64,000 bases of DNA from Octopus sinensis (GCF_006345805.1 NC_043000.1:16740001-16804000), one strand, 5' to 3'; shown: positions 25,686 through 38,853, counted from the first letter of the stretch. Translations and numbers: made by a program. The notes: generated from the sequence alone by a model not told the origin.

Positions 25686-26199
25686 AAATGGCTAAGTACT
25701 TTTGTCTTACTTGTCTCTCTTCTTCCATCATACTTATGTCCAAAACCTTAATCCTCACACTAATCTCTATATTAGCTCCATCTAAGAACGTAAATCCTAA
25801 GAATTTATTTCCCTGCTCATATCTTTCCCTATAGGTGTTGATTATAGGGATTCAAGAACATTAATGGCAGATATCTCGCCACTCTAGAAAAGTCTACAAG
25901 AGCCAGGCACATTGCTTCTTCCTTCAGACCCATCAAGTGAAAATAAGTCAGAAGTTGACCAAAATTTTTTTACAGCTTTCCTTGCAACAAAATTCCTTAA
26001 CAATTTATTGTTTTGTTTTTTTTTTGCTTTCTTTTTTGAAATCTTTTTTTTCTTACTTTTCTCCTCCACCAAATGAAAATATAACAAATAAACACCGACA
26101 TTTGCTTTATTTGAGGAACATTCATTGCAAAGTTGCAAAAGATACGAGAAGATAAAAACAGAATATTGCAAAACATAACAAATAAAATAAAATAATTAA

Positions 26200-26237
<38 letters not shown>

Positions 26238-26254
26238 TGATAAAAAAAAATACT

Positions 26255-27318
26255 TTCTACTACAAGCACAAGGCCTGAAATTTGGGGGATTGGTCTTGTC
26301 AGTTACATTGGCCCCAGTACGTGACTGGTACTTATATTATTGGCCTTGGAAGGATGAAAGGCAAAGTCAACCCAAATGAGATTTGAACTTATAATGTTGA
26401 GGGATATAACTAAACACTGCAAAAGTATATTTTTGCCAACTGCCCTTCAGAGTTTGTAGAATCCTTCACTGCTAATTATGATAATGACAATTTCTGACAG
26501 TGGCAAAAGGCCAGCAATTTTGGGGGAGGAAACAGTTGATTAGATCAACCCCAGTATGCAACTGGTAAACACAGAATATAAAAACAGACAAAATACCGCT
26601 AAGCATTTCGGCCGGTGTGCTAACATTTCTGCCAGCTTGCTGCCTTATATAATCTTTTCTACTCTAGGCACAAGACCCGAAATTTTTGGGGAGGGGACTA
26701 GCCAACTACATCGACCCCAGTGTTTCACTGGTATTTATTTTATTGACCCAGGAAGGATGAAAGCAATGTTGACCTGGGTGGAATTTGAACTCAGAATGTA
26801 AAGATGGACAAAATGCTGTTATGCATTTTGTCAAACCTGGTAACAATTCTGCCAGGTTGTCACCCTAATAATAATAATAATAATAATAAATAATAATAAT
26901 AATATTTCTAATTTTGGCATTTGAAGGGCGGGGGAAGTCAATTACATCAATCCCAGTACATGACTGGTACTTTTCTTATTGGCTTGGAAAGGATGAAAGG
27001 TAAAATCAACCTCAGCAGGAATTAAGCTCAGAACATAAAGAACTGGAAGAAATGTCACTAAACATTTTACCTGTGCCTGACACGTTAACGATTGTGCCAG
27101 CTCAGTTTGGTTTGAAAGTCTGGCACAAAACCAGCAATTTTTAAGGAAGGGTGTAGTCGATGACATTGATCCCAGTACTAGACTGGTATTTATTCTATCG
27201 ACTCTGAAAAGATGAAAGGCAAAGTCAACCTTGGTGGTGTTTGAACTTGGAACGTAAAGAGCTGGAGGAAATGCTGCCAAGCATTTTGCCTGTTGTGCTA
27301 ATGATTCTGCCAACTCAC
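26255..27318 (-). mobile_element. Cluster of about 5 decayed family A SINE copies
   Basis: Repeated aggatgaaaggcaaagtc(a/g)acc...tttgaactcagaa cores in the same orientation. Confidence 0.75.
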
Positions 27319-27321
27319 TAG

Positions 27322-27363
27322 TTTGATAATAATAATAATATAATAATAATAATAATGATAATA

Positions 27364-27401
<38 letters not shown>

Positions 27402-27524
27402 GTAATAATAATAATAAGTAATAATAATAATGATAATAATAATAATAATGATAATAATAATAGTAATATAATAATAATATAATAATAATAATATAATAAT
27501 AATGATATAATGATAATAATAATG

Positions 27525-27560
<36 letters not shown>

Positions 27561-27673
27561 TAGTAATAATAATAATAATAATAATAGTAATAATAATAAT
27601 AATAATAGTAATAATAATAATAATAATAATAATGATAATAATGATAATAATAATGATAATAATGATAATAATG

Positions 27674-27713
<40 letters not shown>

Positions 27714-27800
27714 CAGCAATAACAAAAATACAGAACATTTTCTCAATTCCTGAAAACAAGGCAATAATAAAGATAATAATAACAACAACAATAACAAAAA
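27322..27800. repeat. Long imperfect (AAT)n microsatellite
   Basis: Direct reading; explains the poly-I/L/Y ORFs at 27298-27826. Confidence 0.97.
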
Positions 27801-28647
27801 ATACAGATAATTTTCTCAATTTCTGAAAACATGTTATCTGTATGTGTTATTGTTGTTGTTGCTTCAGCTCAGCTTCATTTAAAAGAAGAAAGTTCAAGTC
27901 AAGAGAAAATTTTAACATGTCTGAATCAATTAAAGCAGTAATAAAAGGCATTAAAAGCTATTTAAAGCAATCTTTTTAGAAATGAATGCACTTCAATGAA
28001 CTTATATACATTGTACAATTATTTCATCACATACACGCAATCCGTGCTTAATCGTTGCATATACAATAGCTATTGAATTCGTTGATAGTTCTGTCGACAG
28101 CAAAAGGACTAAGAGATAGTTTAATACAAGAGACTATTTAATACAAGAGGCAGAGGAACAGATCTCGAGAAATTTATAGGCAGGTATTAATCAACAACAA
28201 ATGAAAAAGAAATAAAAATCCAGTCAAAAGAATAAATAGTTAGTAAAAGGTAACAAAAATATAATAAGTAGTTTAGTATAGGTATTGAAGGATTATAGGT
28301 AGTTTAGTATGAGTATAAGGAGATTACAAGTAGTTTAGTAAAGGAGGTATCAAACTGCTAATGGTGGTTTAGTAGAGATTAATAAAAACAAAATTGAGGA
28401 CTTTGATAGATTGAGAAAACAGGCAATTTAATCCAGATATTTAAAAAAAGTATTTAAAAAATTAGTGTAGACATTAAAAGGAATATTGGTAGCTTTGGGT
28501 AGCTTAAGTCTTCAAAGGATTATGAACTCTTTTGTAGACAATACGAATATAAAAGCTGTTTAATAAGCACCAGGAGATTCTAAATTATTTTATTAGATGT
28601 TAGTAGTGAGGAGACAGCCATAGGCACCAGGGGAAAACAATATTATG

Positions 28648-28702
<55 letters not shown>

Positions 28703-28776
28703 GAAACAAAAAAAATTATGTTGTCCAGTAAACACTCCAGATAACTATAAGCAGCTTCTTAGATATTGGAAAACTA

Positions 28777-29162
28777 ATAGGAGCACTCCGTCGGTTGCGA
28801 CGATGAGGGTCCCAGCTGATACGATCAACGGAACAGCTTGCTCGTGGTATTAACGTGCAAGTGGCTGAGCACTCCACAGACACGTGTACCTTAACGTAGT
28901 TCTCGAGGAGATTCAGCGTGACACACAGAATGTGACAAGGCCGGCCCTTTGAAATACAGGTACAAGAGAAACAGGAAGAAAGAGTGAGAGAAAGTTGTGG
29001 TGAAAGAGTACAGCAGGGTTCACCACCACCCCCTGCTGGAGCCTCGTGGAGCTTTAGGTGTTTTCGCTCAATAAACACTCACAACGCCCGGTCTGGGAAT
29101 CGAAACCGCGATCCTATGACCGCGAGTCCGCTGCCCTAACCACTGGGCCATTGCGCCTCCAC
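28777..29162 (-). mobile_element. SINE family C, full copy, with very long flanking duplication
   Basis: Homologous to 5389-5772; flanks 28697-28776 and 29187-29267 are near-identical. Confidence 0.85.
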
Positions 29163-29929
29163 ATATATATATATATATATATATATAAAAATGAAACAAA
29201 AAAAATCATGTTGTCCAGTAAACACTCCAGGTAAACTATAAGCAGCTTCTTAGATATTGGAAAACTAGAAGTTGTCTAAAAGACATCAGGAATCTATAAG
29301 CATCTTCGATAGATACAAGAAAACTGTAAGTAATCTTAAGAGAGGAGAAAAGTCTGAAGAGAAGGATAATAGAGAAAGAGAGAGAAATTATGAGTTACAT
29401 TGACACAGACAGACAGTAAAGAAGAGTTAAATCTCAAAAAAGACCATAGGAAAGAGTTCGCATGCTGTGTATGTGTGTTTAACAGCAGCAAAGAGGAAAG
29501 AATCATGTCAAAATGCTTCTGAGCAACAATTTGACCTTTTACTACAGAGGAGAGAATGAAAGACACATACACACACTCACAAGACCACAAACTCACATAA
29601 TAGATAGTAGAAAAAGAGGCAAACATACATACTGACATATGTATATGCACACATACACACATGCACCCACTGACAAAGTTATTGTCAATTGTTTTATATG
29701 TATGTATAAATTGGATTCAGTTTTGTTCCCCCGCCTTTAAATACCACCGATACCGGGTATTTAGATTGGTGGTAAGATAGGGAAGGAAGGATGGCTTCAC
29801 ACTAGACAAAATAATTAGTATGAAAATCTATACATCCATCCGTACACACACATGTATATATAATTACACAAGTAAATGTAATTTATACATGCACATATAA
29901 GCATCACAGATATACTAGTCAATCAGTTG

Positions 29930-29970
<41 letters not shown>

Positions 29971-31549
29971 ATCTGTTTATTACTGCACACGCACAGAAGC
30001 AAACAAAGAACCAAAGCAATAGGTTAGTGTTAGTGACTATTCCTCTACTGATGTGTATGTGAGTACATACATATCAAACCTGTATACATATCCATACCAG
30101 AAGGTTTATGTAGTAAAAGAATGGAAGAAGTATAAAACACAACCAAACACCCATATTTCTTCTTCAACTTTTATGTTAAATCTTTAGTAACAATCCCATA
30201 TAAAAAAAAGGTGACAGAACAGCAATGTAGAAAATTTAAAGCAAGATGGCAGAAACCCAAGAGAGAGAGAGAGTGAAAAGAGCAAAAAGCAACTTCAGGA
30301 CAGAAGAGTGCTCCTAAATGACTTTCTCGGACATGTTGTAAATTATATCTCTTCCATTTGAGACTTGGATTTGCTTTCACTTCTGACAAAGGTTGGAATG
30401 TTATGACTCTTCCCCCACACCACTGAATTTGAAACTTCACATCTAAACAAGAAATTAATATTGCTAGAGATGAAGTGACAGAAATACAAGAGCATAGTGT
30501 TTTCACTCACACTGCTTTTTATTCTAAGTTTTATAAAATACATACCTAGTCATGTGTTGGGGGTCAATGCAATCAACTTAAATTCCTCCCACACAATTTT
30601 ATAGTCTTGTGACAGTAAAAAAAAACATTGCTATCATCATCACAAAACTAAGACTGAGTAAATAAATATATAAGCTTAAGATTTTCTGACAAACTATTGA
30701 ACAATTTAGAATTCATGACCTATTTTCTGGTCTGTAGCCATGAACAGCAGAGATTCACCACTAGAAATGGCACTCAGCTGTGTTCAGTCTTTCTTAGCTT
30801 TTAGGAGATGCTTGGGCTGACCTTTCAGACCACCGTTTTTGTGCATAAAGAAGAAAGGGCCAATCTCTTTGAGAATACATACATATATGATGATGATATA
30901 TTACACACATTTCTTGTTATCTGCTATGATTTGGTTATTCTTTCAAGAATTTATCATGGCTCAGTCTTTAGTGTGAAAGAAGGATCAGGAGACTCCTTCT
31001 TCAAGAGTTAAAGAATCTAGACAGAAACAATTTCATTATTGTGCCAACACAAGTATTGGCAACCTTTATCTGGTTGCATAGATTTTAGTCCCCCATAATC
31101 AATACACCCTTAATTTAAATTTTGTTATATACATATATAATGAATTAGCCTTGAATTAAATTCCAAAATACTCATAATATAAGAGTATTTTTTCACAAAT
31201 GTTCATTCTTGTCAAACTAATTACCCAGTGATAAAACATATTTACCTATCATGATCTTCCATTTTCTTTTTAATGATTGTAGAGTGTGGTACTTGCTAAT
31301 TTTAGCAAATTGAGTGAGTACAACTGCCACTGAAGTACCTAGAATAATTTTCCCCTGGGTTGAGATTCAGTAAATCTGGAGCAAAAGATTTATGCATTGC
31401 ACCTGGTCATTTGAGTGATTAGCTATGCACAATAGGAACTGACCCACTGACGATGATAATCATTTACAACAAGTTCGAGAAAAAGAGAAAAGCCTATTTG
31501 AAGCAATATCTACAGATGATTACCCTCTGTTCAACCCAATTAAGTTTAC

Positions 31550-31819
31550 CTGTAAAGATGACGAATCTATGTCATCAACATAGCTCAGATTTTCATCATC
31601 AATGTAGCTGCCCAAAGAAGTAGGAGGTCGTGAGGACACGTTCCTCGCGTATGCCAGTTCGGCTTGTTGTGGGTATGGAGAATGTCTACCCAGAATGGAT
31701 TCTCTATCGAAAGCAGAATCTTTATCACATGTTGACAAACGGTCCCTTTCGAGGGATGGGGATAGTTGGTCTAGGGTTGAGAATCCATTAGCAATGACAC
31801 TGTCGTGACCCTGCTGGTG
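31550..31819 (-). CDS. Ank2: Ankyrin linker exon E (HQQGHDSVIANGFSTLDQLSPSLERD...YVDDIDSSSLQ), 261-270 nt, phase 0 to 0
   Basis: Tandem in-frame acceptors give exon starts at 31819, 31813 or 31810; donor CAG|GTAAAC; GC/CpG-rich open frame. Confidence 0.85.
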
Positions 31820-32300
31820 CTGGTGGGGTGAGAATAAAACTGGTTTCATGCTTTATCATGACGGAGTTAAAAGGAGAACAACATCATTATTAACAACAAC
31901 AATTAGCAATGACAACAAAGTGTTAGTAGCAAAGATGGAATTAAATGAAGGTGAATTTTAGATTTCTCAAGTGAAGTTTTGGGTTATTACAATTTAATTT
32001 GAACATTGCATAGTTAAAACTACAGAACTGAATCTAACAACAGTGATCTTGACAACCATTTCTGGAGAGTTAATCCTGGGTATTTTTATTGGCCTTTGAC
32101 ACACACTCATTGATTGATACTTAATGTTTGAAGTATGTTGTTATTTACAGCAATCTTAATACACCTTATGTTGCATATCTGATATACTGTATTAAAAGCA
32201 ACTTTTAACACATCCTTTACTGGATAATGGCCTTTATTACACACATGTGAGTGAGAACACTGAGATATTTTTGGTATCTAACATAAGTCAGATACTGCGA

Positions 32301-32640
32301 GCGCTGCTTCTGATTGGTCAATCCATGGTGATGACCCGAGGTCATGGTGACAGCGCTGCTTCTGATTGGTCAATCCATGGTGATGACTTGAGGTCACGGT
32401 GACGGCACTACTTTTGTCATTCATAAGTTACAACTAAACGTGAAGAATTTAGTTATTGGGTTAATAAAATATGGTCGTTTATTCGTGTGTAATAAATAAA
32501 ATACCAAACTCATTCCCTATGGATACCGTATTTATTACAACTCGTGGCTTGTAAACGTATCTAACTCACTTTCGCTCGTTAGATACGTTTACAAGCCACT
32601 CGTTGTAATAAATATGGTATCCATAGGGAACTCATTTGGT
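32301..32640. mobile_element. Unclassified CpG-rich element: 2 x 52-bp tandem plus long terminal hairpin
   Basis: Units 32301-32352 and 32353-32404; hairpin 32513-32630. Confidence 0.55.
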
Positions 32641-33654
32641 TTGACATAAGACAGGACCTTGTTTTGTATCCTCAGGTCAACCTTTGATCAAGCAACTCTA
32701 TGACCTGCTGGTCTCTTTATATATCAGAAACTACACTGTCCAATGTGTTCTTCCTCTTAAGATGGCACAGTGTCATTTCAAGGAGAATTGACAACTACTT
32801 CCAGCAAAATGAATGATCTGGTGAGGATTTCTTCATTCGCTTATCAATGACCTTGATGTATCCAACGCCAAGTACTGACTAGTTTACTAAGTTTAGTGAG
32901 GTTGACTTTTACATTTACACCAGTGTCAAATGTTCAGGTAGAAGTCAGCATTCCACAAATATTATCCCATCAATTAAAATTTAAATAAATCAGAATTATC
33001 AAAAGTACAGGCTGCAAGACTAGCCCAAGAGGCATCCACCCCTTACATCATTACCTCAGCAATAATCACACACCCCACCTATCTATCTAATCCTTATCTC
33101 TCCTAAAAGATTTCTTTCCTTGACCAGATATTGAGTTAACCAGTCTATATCTTTCCCCGTAAAGTTTCTCATCAATTTCAAACTTCAGCAACTATATATA
33201 CACTCAGTAAAGTTCATATAGTCTTCTATTCAAAAGGTACATCTACATCATGCATGGGCAACCTTTTTCAAGAAGCAGACAGCATGAGATATGGCTCTCA
33301 TCATCAAGCAGGCTGCACTAGTAAAAAAAAAAATTTAAGGTAATTTTTTTGTAGAAGGTGCCATTCAGAAAGTCTTGCCTATAACTGTTAGAATTTTGTT
33401 GATAGTTTATACAGCAGCTGCAGTTATAGGACTGAAGCATGATATTTATGACTTCTACTTAACATGACTGTCACTAACTAAATGTTTGAGATTAACTCAA
33501 ATACAGTTTATTGGATGCACAAAGATTCACTCTGGACACAGAGTATCCTGCAGAACCAGACTTATGAAGTGTTAAGATTGCATTAGATTAAATGCAGCAG
33601 TGTAGATATGTAGCACCTTGTTTGCTGTTTAATTATTTAACATTTAAACTGGTT

Positions 33655-33970
33655 AGATCTGAATCCATGACCTGTAATCAATTGTTCAGTTGTCCAAGTA
33701 CTTTAACACCATACGTTATTAAAGCAGTAAAATGACACAGTTGAATAACAACATACAGGTAAAAATAGCCATGTAGATACGCTAACATCTCATACTTTTG
33801 CAGATTAAATCTACCTAGTGTTTTGTAATTGTTTAGATTAGTCCTGGGAAAACTGAGGCCCACAGGACTTTCTAATGAAAAATTACCTTGAATTGTCTTT
33901 TAATAGTGCAGCTTGTCTGATGGTGAGCTAAGTCTCAAGCAGCCTACACGTTTTAGATACCACCGTTTGT
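33655..33970. repeat. 316-bp direct repeat, copy 1 (copy 2 at 37382-37689)
   Basis: Near-identical apart from scattered substitutions and one 8-bp indel. Confidence 0.92.
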
Positions 33971-35053
33971 AATATTCTACCTGCTTCATGTTCAAACCAG
34001 CCAGATCAGGCCTCTTACACTTACTCTACAGTGTTATTCTAAAAATACGCAGTCACATCACTGAAATCTTCAAGCTACAAGATAATGCATAATTATTTCA
34101 AAAATTTTGTGGAAAGTAGACATTACATTTAACAGTAATTTGAATGCTTAAGGGGTTAGGCCATTTCTTTTATGTAACAGAGAGAAGGAAATGAACCCTA
34201 TTAAATCAAGATAGTTTAGATGTCATAGGATTAATCACAGGAAGTTGGCAACCAAGCACAGATCAGATTGAAGAGGTGTCTTAAGCCATAGGTGTGACCA
34301 CAGGATTTAAATAGAGTGTAAATATTAATTTGATTGTAAATCATATCAACACAAAGCCATGGAAATACAATCACTGCATAAATTATGAAAGTTCATGAGA
34401 CTTATTTATTAATCACCTTTTATACCAATTATCTAAGTAATTACTAATATCACTGCAATTAGAGCAAGTCTTCTAAACATGTCATTTATTTTATCAATAC
34501 AATCAGATCAAATTCCATAAAACTTCCAGTAAGGATCATTACTGAGAGCTAACTAGAATTAAGATACTTTCTTTTTTATATGCTTATGATTGTATTGATA
34601 TTGAAATATATTCTTCAAACAATTATAGATTTAAAAATTGATTTGTCCTCTTAAATAAATTTCCTTCGTATTTCCAATATGAAACCAAGTAATACAAACC
34701 CATGCCGGAGGTACGTAAAAAGCACCTTTCGAGTGTTGAGCCTCATAGAGGCAATGATAAACGACTGAGGCCTTTGCCAATATGCTGTGCTTGAGTAGAA
34801 GACCCATCAAGCTGAGTGAAACTGTAGTTGTGGCACATGCTGGTGTCATGCAACTGGCACCTGTGCCAGTGGAATCTAAAAGCATCCATTACACTCTTGG
34901 AGTGGTTGGCGTTAGGAAAGGCATCCAGCTGTAGAAACCATGCCGGATCAGAATATAGTCTGGTGCAGCCCCTCAGCTTACCAGCCCTGGTCAAACCGTC
35001 CAATCCATGCCTACAGGACAACAGACGTTAAATGATGATGATATATATATATA

Positions 35054-35481
35054 TCTCTATATAAACGGCAGTTTGTCTGTCTGTGTGTCTGTCAGGTTGT
35101 ACCCTCACCCTGACCACGGCTTTCAACCGATTCTGATGAAACTTGACACACACATAGCCCAATGTCATAATTCAAAACTAACGCAGTGAAAATTTTGAAA
35201 AGTTCCCCCAATTCTGAAAAAAATCAATAAATTTGACATGGGGTCGAGAATCTAAGCTTTTTATATGCAACACATTTTCTGTCCAGGGGACACAACTCGA
35301 CCATTTTATCACCCAAAGGGACAGCTAGGAACATCGTATACACAGAAGTATTCGAGTGAAGAGAAGACATTGCAACCTACACATGCGCCTTCGTTCCCTA
35401 GAGGGAAAGGACTAGATTGGGATTAGTCGTTGCCTACTAGGGGCTCTTACATACCCGGGCAACGTCGGACTATGCTGCTAG
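35054..35481 (+). mobile_element. Non-autonomous Helitron
   Basis: 5' TC start (tctctatataaac...gtctgtctgtg), 3' GC-rich hairpin ccgggcaacgtcgg and CTAG end, inserted between A and T. Confidence 0.7.
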
Positions 35482-36347
35482 TATATATATATATGCACAC
35501 AGAAGTTTGGTGATGAGGATTTAGCTGTTCAATCAGCTAGATTACTTTCTCATTGAATAAGCTTGCATGTGGCTGAGTATTCCAGACAAGTACCCACAAA
35601 AGAACAAGTTTAATGCAGTTTGTGATGAGGTCATACTTTGGACACAATGCATCTGATGGACTTCAATACAATTTTCATCTACTTAACTCACAACGTAAGG
35701 GCCAACCCAATGCTTTTCAAAATGATACTTGCCCAAGATACCACACAGTGAGATAGAACCCAGTACCTCACAGTTATGAAATATATATATAACAGATTTC
35801 TAAGGATGCTTTTGGTTCTTCATTGCACCAATTTTGCAATGAAACAAAGCAAAACAATTTCAGTTTCATATAATGACAGAAAACAATTTAATACTGTACA
35901 AATCTATTTTAATCTTTCCATGTAATCTGATATATATATTCTATAAAGAGGTTTCTTCTAGTCTGATAAGATGGAATAGATTTCTTTAAATGGTTTCACA
36001 TGGCTTAAAAACAGAGTTTTTATAATGAGTATAATGTTAAAAGGATATCAGCTTGCCCCACTTTTGTTAGAAGAATACCCTACGATGATAAAGTTATTAA
36101 GATGGTGTCAAAGTTGAAATTATGATAGAGGAATATTGCTGCTAACCCAGGAGTAGGCTTTGAAACTTTGTGTCAGTATAATTACAGATTTACATGATTA
36201 AAACATTTACATATCAAAATACATGCTTGGAAAGAAGAATTTTAATTAGTTGATTAGCAATGTGATGTGATGTGATAGGTCCGGCTCTTTCAAATAAATA
36301 AAAGATGTTAATGAATTAATTAGTCCAGGAGATAAGTTAAAATTTAC

Positions 36348-36497
36348 CTTTTCTTGAGGTGATAACACATCTCCACTGTAGTATATCATCTCTGCTTCGT
36401 AGTCGGGACCCTTTTCCAGGTACTTGGGGTATGCCAGGCCAGGGCTAATGTCACGAGTGCGAGCTTCCTGAGAAGTCGCTCGAACTTTACGCAAGTC
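36348..36497 (-). CDS. Ank2: Ankyrin linker exon D (DLRKVRATSQEARTRDISPGLAYPKYLEKGPDYEAEMIYYSGDVLSPQEK), 150 nt, phase 0 to 0
   Basis: Acceptor ctgtcctgcattag|GAC, donor AAG|GTAAAT; CpG-rich open frame in an AT-rich intron; phase fits its neighbours. Confidence 0.85.
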
Positions 36498-37381
36498 CTA
36501 ATGCAGGACAGAAGCAACAAAGGGCAGACACTTAAAACATCATTATCATGCGGGGGGGCAGGGACATCGATGTGGTGGTAAGCACATAGATGCAAGATAT
36601 GGCATAGAAACATATATTTATAAAAAAAAAACTAAAAAAAAAAAAAACTAAACAAAAAAAATTTTAATGAAACTAAAATATAGGTGTAGTAAATATCAAT
36701 AGCAACTACAACAATGATGATGACAACATCAAAACACAACATCGATAATCTCTCTACTTACCAATAAGAGTACCAAAATAGTAAAGATCTAAACTAGGAA
36801 CTGAAAATCACTGCAATACTTTACTAGGAGTATATCAATTTACAGTGTTTACTGAATGATTTTGATTTAGAGAATTAGTTATTTGAAGAGGTGAGGAATA
36901 GATGAAAGAAATAAAAACTGGCAACATAGTACTGTGACATCCTAATTAAAGGAAAACAGTTTATTTTTCGGATATCTCTGAATGAAAAGCAGTCCTGGAT
37001 CTTAAGAACTTGTGCTATTCACCAATAGGACACATCATATATCTAGATTATTATACAGTACAGGGTAAAATATAGCTAGACTTCATTGTAGTGGATGTGA
37101 AATTTATCCATTCTAGCACATTCTCTATAGTCTACCCTCTCAGTGTGACATTATAAAAACATATTTTAGTTAATTTATATACTTCTTCCTCTATCAGAAT
37201 GGATGAGACTGGTTATATCATTCTGAACATTTGACAAATGTTGGAGCAAGGAGTGTCATTTTTATTGCTAATCAGTTAAGAATGAAGTATGGTGCCTACT
37301 TAACATGTTGGGGAAAAAACTAAAGTAAGCAGAGAAATGCACTTTGTTATCGGAACAAAACAATGAGTTTTGGATTTAGTA

Positions 37382-37689
37382 AGATCTGAATCCATGACCT
37401 GTAATCAGTTGTCCAAATACTTTAACACCATACATTATTAAAGCAGTAAAATGACACAGTTGAATAACAACATACAGGTAAAAATAGCCATGTAGATAAG
37501 CTAACATCTCATACTTTTGCAGATTAAATCTACCTAGTGTTTTGTAATTGTTTAGATTAGTCCTGGGAAAACTGAGGCCCACAGGACTTTCTAATGAAAA
37601 ATTACCTTGAATTTTTTTTTAATAGTGCAGCTTGTCTGATGGTGAGCTAAGTCTCAAGCAGCCTACATGGTTTAGATACCACCGTTTGT
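37382..37689. repeat. 308-bp direct repeat, copy 2
   Basis: Matches 33655-33970. Confidence 0.92.
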
Positions 37690-38401
37690 CAGGCTGTGGA
37701 GACTTTTACCTATGATAAAAGACCCCACATTGCAGCTAGAGGTTAAACTCTGCTTAAAACATAACACTAATCTTATGAGATCAGATGGCTTGTAGAGGCA
37801 TCTATCACCATGACATTATTAGAATAAAATCTGCATCACCTATGTTATTTTTCTTTTCTTGCCATGGTGAAGAACAAATTTAAAATTTTTAAGAGCAATT
37901 TAAAATTTGCCATATTTAAAATTTAAATTTTTATTAAATATGGCAAATTTTCACCTCCTTTTCAATTCTCAAACTGGCCCTGTTTCTATGAGAAACACTG
38001 CATTAGGGCACAATATATTAGGACAATGCTTGAAAGATGTACTGAAAGCATGATTTCCAGTTCCTTTGTGACACGAGTAATAAGTGATTGTGTGTGAGAT
38101 AACTAAAGTAAACTGGAAAAAAAAATTGTTTACATTGATAACAACATTTACTAAGAATTCTATATGCATACAAAGTAAATGGTACAAGATCTCTCAGTCA
38201 GTTTAATATATGCAGGTGTGTGTATGTCAAGTGGGTGACATGAGGAGGGGCATCTAGCCATAAAAACCATGCAATACCCTCACCCCAGAAAAGTATGAAC
38301 AAAAATGTAGTACCCTGTCCTGTCTAGAAGAGCAATAATGACCTGTTCAACCCATGCTAGCATGGAAAGCAAAGGTAAAATGATATACATTATACATGCA
38401 T

Positions 38402-38435
<34 letters not shown>

Positions 38436-38710
38436 TTTAGTTTCAGCTCACAAGCTGTGGCCATGCTGGGGCACCGCCATTTGGTGTTGCTACATGATTT
38501 TACTTCATGAATGCTTTTTAGCATTTTATATATATATATATATATATATACCAATTATATACGTTTTTATTATTTTTTGCAATTTACTTAATCATTGGTA
38601 TTTTATTGTTATTTTAATTTTAATATTCCTATTATATGTAATTTTCTAGATGGTGTAATTTATTGTTCTTTTGAATTGATAAAAGGTGTTTTTTTCTAAT
38701 TTTATATATA

Positions 38711-38765
<55 letters not shown>

Positions 38766-38853
38766 TGTGTGAAATTTGATTTAGTATTTCTAAATTGAAT
38801 TTTTTCCCTGTAAGTTAGGATTAATATTCCCTCAAATAATTATTATATATATA

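Noticed and set aside
25884-26171. Lys-rich 95-aa ORF ending FWSTSDLFSLDGSEGRSNVPGSCRLF*
   Set aside because: The Lys run comes from poly-A tracts, and no good acceptor is in the phase-0 frame.
27298-27826. Long ORFs of poly-I/L/Y (173 and 159 aa)
   Set aside because: Translations of an (AAT)n microsatellite.
33678-33863. Duplicated ORF MGLSFPRTNLNNYK... (also 37376-37582)
   Set aside because: Arises from the 310-bp direct repeat; no domain similarity, and the copies differ by a frameshifting indel.
36762-36788. 27-nt in-frame unit IFTILVLLL with GTAAGT donor
   Set aside because: Acceptor region has competing AGs and a weak pyrimidine tract; the all-hydrophobic peptide is what T-rich intron sequence gives by chance.
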